A DNA stretch of 62,153 bases, counting the filler. It is 13 parts of 13 records of this genome, joined end to end, with 100 filler letters (N's around TTAATTAATTAA, not from the genome) between each part and the next. Parts side by side here need not be neighbours in the genome. Positions count along the whole stretch, not along the records: positions 16,156 to 23,839 come from SRR7504441_15453; positions 23,940 to 26,998 come from SRR7504441_15468; positions 27,099 to 30,433 come from SRR7504441_15481; positions 30,534 to 34,223 come from SRR7504441_15482; 9 more parts are not named here. One strand, given 5' to 3'. A program made the position numbers and the translations under genes. Below the pieces are notes generated by a model, which was not told where the DNA came from, ran no database searches, and worked only from the letters and a program-made list of their open reading frames with translations. Positions 21,301-31,174 of the stretch are shown here, in pieces (the first letter of the stretch is position 1; every line of letters begins with the position of its first letter).

Positions 21301-23839
21301 TATGATGGAGAATTTGGTAGCTCGTCGAATTGGTATCAATGGCGTGCTGATGTTTCAGATACAACTACGGTGCCTCAGCTTGCACTACAGGTTCAGAAGC
21401 TCTACAGTGTTATCCAGTGGGACGAACTCCGGCGTCAAGACAACGAGCTGGAGGACATAATCAACAAGAAGACTGTTGATGGGCAGATTCAGTACCTCAC
21501 AGTTTTTCGCATAGATCAGCTTGAGCAGTCTGTCAGAGATGAGCGGGCCTACATAAATGGACCAACTCCCACTCCAACTCCAACTCCACCCCCAAGCAAT
21601 ATTCAACAAAAGAAGACTGCATGGTTGCCTCTTGAACTCCTTCCTCTTGCTCTGGTTAAAAAGTTTGAGATGAGAGAGAAAAAGCGTCGAGCTGCTATGG
21701 GCTTACATTGCATCTGCAGAACACTTTATGATGAAACTCGTGCATATGTCAAGTGCGTCAGGTGTAAAGCTCTCTTTCATCCTGAGTGCATAGGTGCACG
21801 TCCAGGAGTTGACATTACATGCAACACATGCATGCAGTATCAAAAGCGAATAGAGGCTCAAAGAGCAGCTGAAGCCTCCCAGATGGCTGCTCGGAACCGG
21901 ATGATCTATGAGTTTCAGATGCAAGTGGCTCAGGCTCGTGCTCAGAAGCACGCAGAGCTGCTGAGGCGCCGAATGAGTCAAAGATTAGTCTGTGTCTGCC
22001 AAAGTCCCTATGATCCCCTTGAACAGTATGTCCAGTGTATGGAGTGCAGAGCTCTTTTCCATTATGAATGTGTTGGTGTACCTAAGCCTGCACCACAGCT
22101 ATCTCAGATGCAGACTGTAAACAGTGCTGGAGTGTTGCCAGCCCCGCAGGCCTCAATAGTGGGATCAAGTGCTATTCCAGTACCAGCAATGAGCCAGCAG
22201 CAAATGCAAACACCCAAAATGTTGAACCCGGCGAGTGTGCAACCCACCTGGAAGTACTCAGGCCATGTGGGCAGCCCACAACAGGGAACATGGTCGTCAC
22301 CTCAGAATCATTCTAGTGGTCTAAGCCCATCACAGCCTACATGGTTGGGACAGCAGCGCCCAGCGTCAGTGCAGCAAATTCAATCCCAGCCCAATGGCAC
22401 AAACCAGGCGCAACCCACATGGCCGCAGAGCCCTGCAAGACTGCAGCAGCACAACTGGCAGATGCAGAACAGCTTGATCGGTCACATCGGAGCAGCACAG
22501 CCTCAATCAAATTGGCAGCTTCAGGGCAACTTCAGACCGCAAATGAGACCATTTCAGCCACAGGCCAATAGTCAGGCTCAGATGCAGCAGGCCAGCTGGA
22601 ATGCACAAATGTCTGCATCAGTGTCTGCACAAGCAACTCAGCAGTACGGAGCATCAAATTCCCTGCCACCAGGCAACAGAACCCCAGCGTTTCGTTGCGC
22701 GACATGTGAAGAGAAGCGCCAAATTCGAGTGATGCGCGAGCTTGAACGTGAACAAGAGAAGCAGCGAGAGCGGGACGAACGGCAAAAGTATAAAGATCTG
22801 AGACGGAAAGAGAAGGAGCGTGAAAAGGAAAAGCGTCGAAAACACTGCGTTTGCAAAGAGGTCTTCGATCTCACCAGAAATTGGATCAAATGCAAATGCT
22901 GTCATTCCCTGTTTCATGCTGAGTGTATTGAATGGACAGGCAATCCAACAATAGCTGCCCGGGATGCCACCGATTTGACCTTTGAAGATTGGCCATTTGA
23001 TATTCTCCTGATGAAGCATCGAAAACCAGATGAAGAGGACTCTGCTCAGCCTAGTGCATCTGATGAAGACGCTGAGCAATTTGTCTGTCAAAAGTGTACC
23101 AGAAAACAGCTCAAGCAAGATAAACTGGACTTGCAACAACTTGAGGACGAACCGCAGCCTGATAGGTACTGTATTTGTCGTACAACCTCGACTGAGGGCG
23201 AGTGGATTGAGTGTGATAGATGTGATGAATGGTACCATCCAGAGTGCCTCAAAATGACACCTGCTGAAGCAAGAGCTGCAGCCTCTCAGACAGTTTGGGT
23301 CTGTAAACGCTGCAAGGCAAAAGACAGGAGAGCTATGCGCATACAAGAATTGAAGCTAAAAAGGAGCGGGGCGCGGGTCAGTGGGGGATGGAATGGACAA
23401 GATGGCGTGTATTGTATATGCGAGCAACCTTACGATAGCTCAAGGTCGTATGTCGGATGCATTCGCTGTGATAAATGGTTCCATGTGGATTGTGTTAGAG
23501 CTGGCCGCAAAGTTGAAGACGATCTGTTTGGCTTTTATCTTTGTAATGAGTGCAATCCTAAATGCCAAGCCACGACAACGACCGCATTGCAAGGGACATC
23601 AAAGTCTCGCAAACAACAGAAGCAACCGAGAATCATAATTGACCAACCTCTTTCTCTTTTCTATGGAAACGAGCATCGCCTGGACGAGGGATACAAACCC
23701 CACTATTGGACAGTATTTGTGCGAGGTGCAATGAAGCACCCTCTGCTTGCGTTGTTATGTGTTTTTATGACAGGTGAAGACGACGAGACCCTTCATCAGC
23801 ATATTGAAGAAGTGACGTTCTACCTGCATCCCGACTTTA
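18310..23839 (+). CDS. Giant chromatin reader: DDT + six PHD fingers + Tudor-like + NUMOD/IENR1-like + YEATS domain (3' partial); PTM/BPTF-like
   Basis: DDT motif after splicing: VYAFCRSFSCILRLSPFGLKDVSAAIALERPCALLDEIHVAMIR. PHD1 [24 protein letters not shown] plus five further CxC..C..C..H..C fingers. YEATS start LFYGN...HYWTVFVRG|EDDETLHQHIEEVTFYLHPDF at the contig end. Confidence 0.9.
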
Positions 23840-23939
23840 NNNNNNNNNNNNNNNNNNNNNNNNNNNNNNNNNNNNNNNNNNNNTTAATTAATTAANNNNN
23901 NNNNNNNNNNNNNNNNNNNNNNNNNNNNNNNNNNNNNNN

Positions 23940-24063
23940 AGCAGCAACAGAGAATGCAATTGCCGCCAAAGATGTGAAGCTCTTACGCGATTTGCTCCCC
24001 AAGACCAAGGAGATTCCTACTTTGCTCAACCAAATCCAAGCAACCTTGGCCCAGCTCGAGTGA
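23940..24063 (+). CDS. 3' end of a gene of unknown function
   Basis: Open frame AATENAIAAKDVKLLRDLLPKTKEIPTLLNQIQATLAQLE* from the contig start, followed by AT-richer non-coding DNA. Confidence 0.45.
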
Positions 24064-24670
24064 ATGATGCAGCATTTGTCACTCTCCGAAATGCGTACCT
24101 GATTTGGGTACAACCATTAAGTTTCCACTCATCTGAGCACGAAGGCACGTGAGGATGAGCAATTCGAGTATGAACCAGTGCTTACTGGACTCTCAGCGGC
24201 TACATAGCGGCTGATTGATGTTTACTTACTACTCGAGCAATGGAATACAATGGAATGGTCATATAGCTCAAAAATAGAACGATAAAGATCTAGATTCAAT
24301 TCATAAGATCTCGACGACCCTTAGACCCGTCTTAGACCCTGCCGTCCAGATGCTCAGTAGAGATGGCCGCATTCGTGCATTCTTTCACATTTGGAGAGCT
24401 GTCCTCGGAATCTCCTCGCAAGGTTGGAAGTAAGCTTGCAGGTTCACATGTCTCGAATTTTAAGTGCCGTGACACGTGACCTGAACGCTGCGAGGAGTGG
24501 GCCCGGGTATGATAGGGATCTGGCCTAGATTTGGCCCCTCACCAAGCTAGTAATTATAGGTCATGGGGATCATGAGTAATATCTAATTTGTGGCATAAAT
24601 ATTCCTAATTACGAAGGTAGAGTACTCAATAACCCACGGTAACCCACGGTCAATTACTAGTCAACTACCC

Positions 24671-26998
24671 TCAAAACATGTTGGTACGACAGCCCCGATC
24701 GTATTCAGGCACTGGCAAATCTTGTCTGCTCGACAGCTCCCCCTGCCGTCCTCGCTTGTCCACTGCCTGAGATTGATGGTCTAAAGCAATAATGCATGGG
24801 GCTTCTGTGCTCTTGTGCCCCCCTAACCCCAATTCGCGCTTGAACAGCTGTAGTAATTCGTCATCGGGGGGACCAGGTTTCTGCCAAAAGTACCTTGCGC
24901 CTGCGGCCAAGAATTGACTGGCACATTCTGCATTACCTGAACAACCAATGAGTAGCCCTGAGAAACCATTCTGGACTAGTGTCTGCACAGTTTCAGAACC
25001 GAGAAGGACACCCCCGGCAGCTTGCATATACTGATCGATTAGAATCACATCTGGAGGCGCCGTTTGCAGCACCTTCTGGATACATTCCTCTCCAGTTGCT
25101 GCCTCCAGGACCTCAACCTGAACTTTAGGAGATAGCTCAGCCAATATCCGGGCTAGCAACTGTTTATGCACCACTCGGAGGCACTTGACATCATCAACTA
25201 TCATCACAGCCAGTTTGGAACGAGGTTCATGATCACGACAACTTTCTACACTACTGTTGAATAACGGCACAACAGTAGTGCTATTAGAGACGATTTTGCC
25301 ATGCAAGGGATTGACAGGGTCACATGAAGAACTCATTTGGCCCGGAGAGTTTTTTTCTCTCTTGCTTTGAGCATCTCCTGGTGAGGGGATGCTTGGGTCA
25401 TTCCTGTGCTTGGTTGAAGAGGCTGTGCGGTGCTGCGGACTTTCGGGAGGTTCGCGTTGGTTCACCAGAGCACTGATCTGTTCGCTGAGCGTGTTTGTGG
25501 AGTAAAGTTCAGCCAGCATGGACAAAATCATACTCACATAACCTGAAACAGGATCTTGTAAAAGCGCGTGTCCCCAGGGCTAAAATTACCGTCAATCTCA
25601 CGAGCGTCCTTGCCATATTGTGCAACAAAGGTCTGGTCACGTTTGAGCAGCCGCATCTTATATTCAAGAGCCGCGATCGGCGAGTACAAGCGGTGCGCTA
25701 CCAGTGCCATAGCTTCTTGTTGCCCCTCAAGCTTGCCTCTTATCCACTCTACCATCAGGCTCGCCTAAACAAATCATCCCGTCGACTCAGCAGTTCAATC
25801 ATGCACAGGGTGAGCAGTTATGCAGGCAGGGGGCAAGTGACACATGCATGATTAGGGTGCTTACTTCGCGGCGCTCTTTCTCGCGAAGACCAGCAAGGGC
25901 CGAAAGTCCAGCAATCTTGGCTATAAGCACTACAATGCTGAGTCCTTGCGTGAGCAACGACAGCAAGAACAGATTGAGCGGAGCACAGAAGGCGCACATC
26001 ATGATGATGAAAAATGCGAGTGACAATGGCTTCCCTAAAGTAGAGTACAAGAATACGCTAGTCACTGGCATTGTGATCAATGGCGCCAGAAAAAAAGAAG
26101 TGGGTACCAGACCCATCGTAGTGAGCACCATGATCACAGTGCCCATACCAAAGGTCATAAAATCCTCAAGCAGTGCACAGTGCTGGAATTCCAGCTTGAA
26201 CGACACCACAAAATACATACTAAACGGAACCATTGCACCAAGGACGTCGCCATCTAAGATGTGGTAAAATATGGCCACGGGGGTCACCATTCGGAGAACC
26301 AGCAGGAAGTTTTCGGCATCGTAGTTCTGCTGCTCTTCCCGCTCCTTGCCCTCAAGCCGGAGCGCAAGTGGCTCGATCAGCCAATCAGCAGCCTGCTGCC
26401 AAACTCGGCAGCCGATGCAGCCCACAAGCGCCAGCCCACCCGCCACCAGCTGTAGTTCAGCAGCATGAGCGAATAGTAAGTCCAAGAAGTGGCGGCCCAG
26501 TAACAACGACATTATGACAAGCGAGACCAGGTGCACTTTAAAAGTCGCAAGTTTCTCCTCTTGTGCTCGCCCGCGCCATAGCCTTTTGAGGAAAACACCT
26601 CCAGAGGCGACAAAGACCATTGCTATCGGTGCTGACTCATACATCGTCGCTGGGTCGCTGTCGGGTGTGTCAGTTTGAGTATGCATCTGCATGATAACCA
26701 CATTCAGCAGAAGCGTCATGCCAACACCGAGTAATGCTGCTGATAAAGGTCTTGCCAGTCGTGAATACAACAGCATGCCAATGGTCGGTACGCACAAGAT
26801 CGGACCGTCATGAAAGGACCGAGGCACAACGCCAAATATAGTTGCGACGGCGGCAGCAGGTGCACACAGAAAGGTGAGAATATCCAGCACCCCCTCCCAC
26901 TGGTGGAATTTGAGAGGGAATCTCATCGCGAAGCAACCCAAAAGGAGTGCAGCCCACCCGCCCATCCGATCATCGGCCGACAGATGGTATGCCATGGC
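24671..26998 (-). CDS. Multi-pass membrane two-component-type protein: duplicated TM sensor + HisKA-like H-box + receiver domain, no HATPase (5' partial)
   Basis: Hydrophobic ORF 25799-26995. An intron leads into ASLMVEW...EAMALVAHRLYSPIAALE; a second intron leads into GYVSMILSML. Receiver motifs VMIVDD, VILIDQYM, IGCSGN and FWQKP. Confidence 0.78.
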
Positions 26999-27127
26999 NN
27001 NNNNNNNNNNNNNNNNNNNNNNNNNNNNNNNNNNNNNNNNNNTTAATTAATTAANNNNNNNNNNNNNNNNNNNNNNNNNNNNNNNNNNNNNNNNNNNNGT
27101 TACCCTATGTGGCAAAGTGTGTATTGC

Positions 27128-27638
27128 ATGCAATTGCTGGTGGCCTGCGCACTGCTGGTGGCCGGTGCTGCCGTGGCAGTCCAGGAGCGGACGCTGATGT
27201 ACTGGCTGATCGAGCCTTCCCCCCCGTCCACGCCCGCCCAGTGGGCCTCTCGGCTGAAAGAGCTCGCGGCGCACCGAGCCAGTGTGACCCACGTCTCCCC
27301 GTGCATCCATGGCTTCCAATCGGATGGCTCGTTCGGCACCTCGGGCGACCACCAGTACGAGGCGATCGCACCGCATCTGCCAGCCTACCAGCAGCTCGGA
27401 TTCTCCGTGGTCCCTTTGATCAACGCGGTCGGGGGGGTCGGCGGCCTGGCCCGCGCCGGTTCTTCGATGAGCAAGCCAAGCAGAATGTGAGGTACCTGCG
27501 CGACACGCTCGGGGTATAGCCAATAAGCTGCTATGTGTTGACTGATGTGGCTAGGTGAACCACATTGCGCATTGGGTCAATCAGCCGAGATCACAGGCAG
27601 AGTGGGACCCGTGGGGATTCTTTCTTCACGGCAAGTGA
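27128..27638 (+). pseudogene. Secreted GH18-like TIM-barrel protein with the middle missing (internal deletion/frameshift or chimeric assembly)
   Basis: Signal peptide MQLLVACALLVAGAAVA, then RTLMYW...HRASVTHVSPCIH...GFSVVPLIN. The frame shifts near 27455 to RFFDEQAKQNVRYLRDTLG|VNHIAHW...W..FL*. No DxDxE motif. Confidence 0.45.
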
Positions 27639-28019
27639 GCGCTACTTTGTACTGTATATAGGATAACTAGGATCAGATAAACGAATGATCCGATTCAATA
27701 CTTTACGGGATCGATATCACACTTGTGAACAGCGGCCTTCAGCGGTTCACCCTTATGCCCGACGGTCCGCACCTAGTCCGCACCTACCTCCACCTCCCGC
27801 CGTACGACCAGCCGACCGTCCGAGCTCCAGCCGGACGAGCCAGACTAGACGACCAGACATCGCGTGCCACGGAAGACTCGCCATCTTTTAATTAAAAGCA
27901 GTTGGGGCTTCTTCACATGGCGAAGCTTTCTAAAGCTCGAGGAAGGCGAGCATCGGTGTGCACACCTGCCCGGAGCACTTGAAGAAGAGGAGAGGCTAGA
28001 GTTCCCAACATCGGGCTAG

Positions 28020-29867
28020 ATGTCGGCGGGATTGGTGCTCGCGCTGGCGCTCCTGCTCCCGTCGGCCCACCCGGCCCATCCGCGCGGGCCGTTCTCGCTC
28101 CCGCAGCTGGCCCTCTCCTCCGAGGCCCGACTCCGACAAGACGCCCGGGCGGCCAGGATCGCCCGCCGCGAGTCCAGCGCGCCGCCCAACCCGATCCTGC
28201 ACATGGCCCGCGAGCTGGTCGACGCCGCCGAGGCCCGCAAGCGGGCGGCCGAGCTGCAGGCGCTCCGGGCCCGGCCGGTGCCCCCCGTGCCGCTCTCGCG
28301 GGCCCAGTTTGGAGCGTCCGAAGGCGCGCTTACACGGCTGGTGAATCAAGCCGAGGCCAGGACCGGCCAGTTCGGCAAGAGCTCGGCGGCGCTCCAGAAA
28401 AAGCTGGCCGAGCTGGCCGGGCGCCACCAGGCCGCCCGCAAGGCCAGCCTGAGGGCCGCGGCGCTGGCTGCACGGCTGACCCGGGTGGAAGCCACCGTCA
28501 GCGCGGCCCTGGAGGCCCAGGCTCAGCAGCGGGCCGTGGAGTCCTCCAAGGGGAAGGTGCCCGGGCCCAGCTCGGCCAAGCCGGACCAGGCACTGAAGCG
28601 AGTCTCGCAAGAGCTTCAACGGGCAGAGCGGGAGGTTGGGGCAGTCGGCTCGGTCCAGCGCTCGGGCGGGCCTAAGCGGCTTGCGGAGCTAGAGGCGGCG
28701 GCAGTGGCGGCCATGCAGCGGGACCAGCTGCAGATGGTGAGGGTCTCCAGGGCGGCGCGAGCCGACAAGGTGGCCGCGGAGAAAGTCGCCGTGCTTACAG
28801 GTCAGTCGGACGCCGCACGGGCGCTCAGCGACGCCGACGCCGCCATGCACCAGGCCGGGGCGGCTGCCGACCCGGATGACCGTTTGGAGGTTAGCTTGCG
28901 TGTGGCCAGACGGGATCGGCAGGCGACGCACCGCAGGCTTCAGCTAGCCCAACGTGTTGAGGCCAGGGCCGGCCGGAAGGCCAGCCGGGCTCAGGCCAGG
29001 GCGAAAAGGCTCAAGGGCAGTCTGGCTCAGGGGCGACCGGAGGCCCGGCATCCTGAGGAGCAGCAAGCCGAGGTGGTGCGCAGGCTGAAGATGCAGCTGC
29101 AGTCGGCTAGGCAAAAGCTGCGAGCGGCCAACGCTAAAGCCCGCGCGTTCTCCCGCAAGGCCGGTCGGTACCAGGCCGAGCTCTCTAGAGTGCGGCAGGC
29201 CGCCAAGCCCGCACTGGTCGCCAGCCGGGCGGCGGCGGTGCGAGCGTTCACCGGTGCGCTGAGTCGAGTGCCAGCTGCTGTCGAGAGTCAGTACAGACTC
29301 CGGCGGGGGCTGCGCGCAGACCTCAGGCGAGCCAGGCTGCTGGCCGCCGCAGAGAGCAATGCAGCTCGCAAGCTCAAGCTGCGGGCACAGCGGCTGATGG
29401 TGAGTGCGAGCAGGCTGGAGCACAGCGCAGCCAAGACGGCCCCAACCGCAGCCGAGGAGCAACGGACCCACTGGCAGCTGAGCAACGCCAGCCTGAAGCT
29501 CCGGCGGGAGCGGGCAGCGGTCCGGGGGGAGCAGAGCGGCGAGAGCGACCCGATCGGGCGGTTCTTGGTGTTCAACGGACACTTCAGTCAGGTGGAGCGG
29601 CATGAGAAGCGAATATATCGATCGAAGCGCGAAATCCGGCGCGAGAACCGGCGCGAGGCGGCTGCTGCTCGGATGAAACAAAAGGCTCGCCTGAAGAAAC
29701 AAAAGGCGCGCCGGATTATGGCCCGGGTGGCGAGGCACGGAGTTAGAGCGGGCGAGTTGAAGCGGACGGGGCTGGCACGAGCTCAGGAGCTCGAGCGAGT
29801 GTCCGAGCTGGTGGCCGCAGAGATCCACAAGCTGCAAGTCTTAAACGAAACGCTCACTCGGACCTGA
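28020..29867 (+). CDS. Secreted Ala/Arg-rich coiled-coil protein of unknown function; intronless
   Basis: 615-aa ORF with signal-like MSAGLVLALALLLPSAHPA and long heptad-like basic helices, flanked by AT-rich intergenic DNA. Confidence 0.65.
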   Translation: MSAGLVLALALLLPSAHPAHPRGPFSLPQLALSSEARLRQDARAARIARRESSAPPNPILHMARELVDAAEARKRAAELQALRARPVPPVPLSRAQFGASEGALTRLVNQAEARTGQFGKSSAALQKKLAELAGRHQAARKASLRAAALAARLTRVEATVSAALEAQAQQRAVESSKGKVPGPSSAKPDQALKRVSQELQRAEREVGAVGSVQRSGGPKRLAELEAAAVAAMQRDQLQMVRVSRAARADKVAAEKVAVLTGQSDAARALSDADAAMHQAGAAADPDDRLEVSLRVARRDRQATHRRLQLAQRVEARAGRKASRAQARAKRLKGSLAQGRPEARHPEEQQAEVVRRLKMQLQSARQKLRAANAKARAFSRKAGRYQAELSRVRQAAKPALVASRAAAVRAFTGALSRVPAAVESQYRLRRGLRADLRRARLLAAAESNAARKLKLRAQRLMVSASRLEHSAAKTAPTAAEEQRTHWQLSNASLKLRRERAAVRGEQSGESDPIGRFLVFNGHFSQVERHEKRIYRSKREIRRENRREAAAARMKQKARLKKQKARRIMARVARHGVRAGELKRTGLARAQELERVSELVAAEIHKLQVLNETLTRT

Positions 29868-30139
29868 TCGATTGAATAATAAATAAAGATGATCTCTATA
29901 CTCGTACTTGACACATTGTGCGACTTGTACAATCATGTACTTGTCATTAACTGACATGGAATAACAAGCTGATGTTCACTCGACGAATTCACATCACGTT
30001 TCTGTAGCACTATTAAAACGAGCTCCGAAGGCATGCGCATTTGCGAAGGGACGCGGACGGAGATGGCTCTGAACGTACGTACGCTTTATACATGTAGTAA
30101 GCTTACTCGTAACTTCAGTTATATCCTAGGTTAATCTTA

Positions 30140-30157
30140 CTACCTATTAATAGGTAG
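30140..30157. repeat. Perfect 18-bp palindrome in convergent intergenic DNA
   Basis: CTACCTATTAATAGGTAG, with further palindromes nearby at 30096-30107 and 30172-30185. Confidence 0.9.
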
Positions 30158-30204
30158 ATTGATTTTGATTCATTTTAATTAAAATCTAAAAAATGTTAAA
30201 TGTA

Positions 30205-30433
30205 CTATTCAATAGAACAGACAGCTTTGGCAGCGGCCGTGGCAGCCTCCCCCGCAGCAGTCTTAGCAGCAGCTTCCTCCGCAGCAGCCTTAGCAGCGGC
30301 TTCCTCTGCAGCAGCCTTGGCCTTCTTCTGGCGGTTTAGTAGCTCTTTGATGTCCTCGCCCCACGTGCTTATCGTGTCCATATCATTGTTATCGAGCGCG
30401 CTTCTTATTAGGTTCTTCTTTGCCGTAATCTGC
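30205..30433 (-). CDS. 3' end of a gene with KAAAEEAAA 27-nt repeats
   Basis: QITAKKNLIRSALDNNDMDTISTWGEDIKELLNRQKKAKAAAEEAAAKAAAEEAAAKTAAGEAATAAAKAVCSIE*; TAG at 30205-30207 on the minus strand. Confidence 0.55.
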
Positions 30434-30533
30434 NNNNNNNNNNNNNNNNNNNNNNNNNNNNNNNNNNNNNNNNNNNNTTAATTAATTAANNNNNNNNNNN
30501 NNNNNNNNNNNNNNNNNNNNNNNNNNNNNNNNN

Positions 30534-31028
30534 TTGCAGCTCCTCGAGCACAAGCCCCCTGGTCGGCCGCTCCCCGGGCTGGACTCACCGGACGGGCGGA
30601 GCCCACTCGAATCGGCCGAGTGAGGTGCGCTCGGACAGCAGCCGCTCACAAGCCGGGTGCCCAAACAGCCGGGCCAGTTGGATCGCGCTCAGCTTGTCGT
30701 TGTTGCGCTGCCGGCCAGTCAGCCCGCTCACACACCCGCTGCACCGGGTCGGGGGAGGCCCCGAGGTAGAGCAGCGCTTCCACGGTGGCCAGGTTGCCAG
30801 CCTGCGCCGCCACGCACAGCGCCGTGTTTCCCCGGCCGTCGCGCAGCTCAGTGGGGCAGCCGCCGCCTGCGGGCGGGCTAGCCGGCCGGCTGGGGGTCGG
30901 GGCGTACAGACGAGGCTGTGAACGGCGTGGACGTCATCGAACTTGGCCGCCGCGAAGATCGAGGAGTTGGCCCGGGCGAAACCCGTCGTGCCCGGCTGCA
31001 CAGCGTAACGGGCTGATACCAGCGACAT
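30534..31028 (-). CDS. Ankyrin-repeat protein (intron-containing, probably 3' partial)
   Basis: MSLVSARYAV...SIFAAAKFDDVHAVHSL|...DGRGNTALCVAAQAGNLATVEALLYLGASPDP|..NNDKLSAIQLARLFGHPACERLL. Confidence 0.7.
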
Positions 31029-31174
31029 CCTCCTGCCGCCCCGCTCGCATCCTTGGCCGCACCTAGGGGCACCAAGCCGCAGGTACTGGATGGAGCACTG
31101 CACCACTGCTCACAATCGTAACGGAATTTACTTCAACACAAATTCAATGACACAACAAGGCTGAGGACGACGGG

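Noticed and set aside
18700-23839. Alternative genetic code or stop-codon reassignment
   Set aside because: Long conserved ORFs translate cleanly in the standard code, and TAA, TAG and TGA all end genes. In-frame stops fall within predicted introns.
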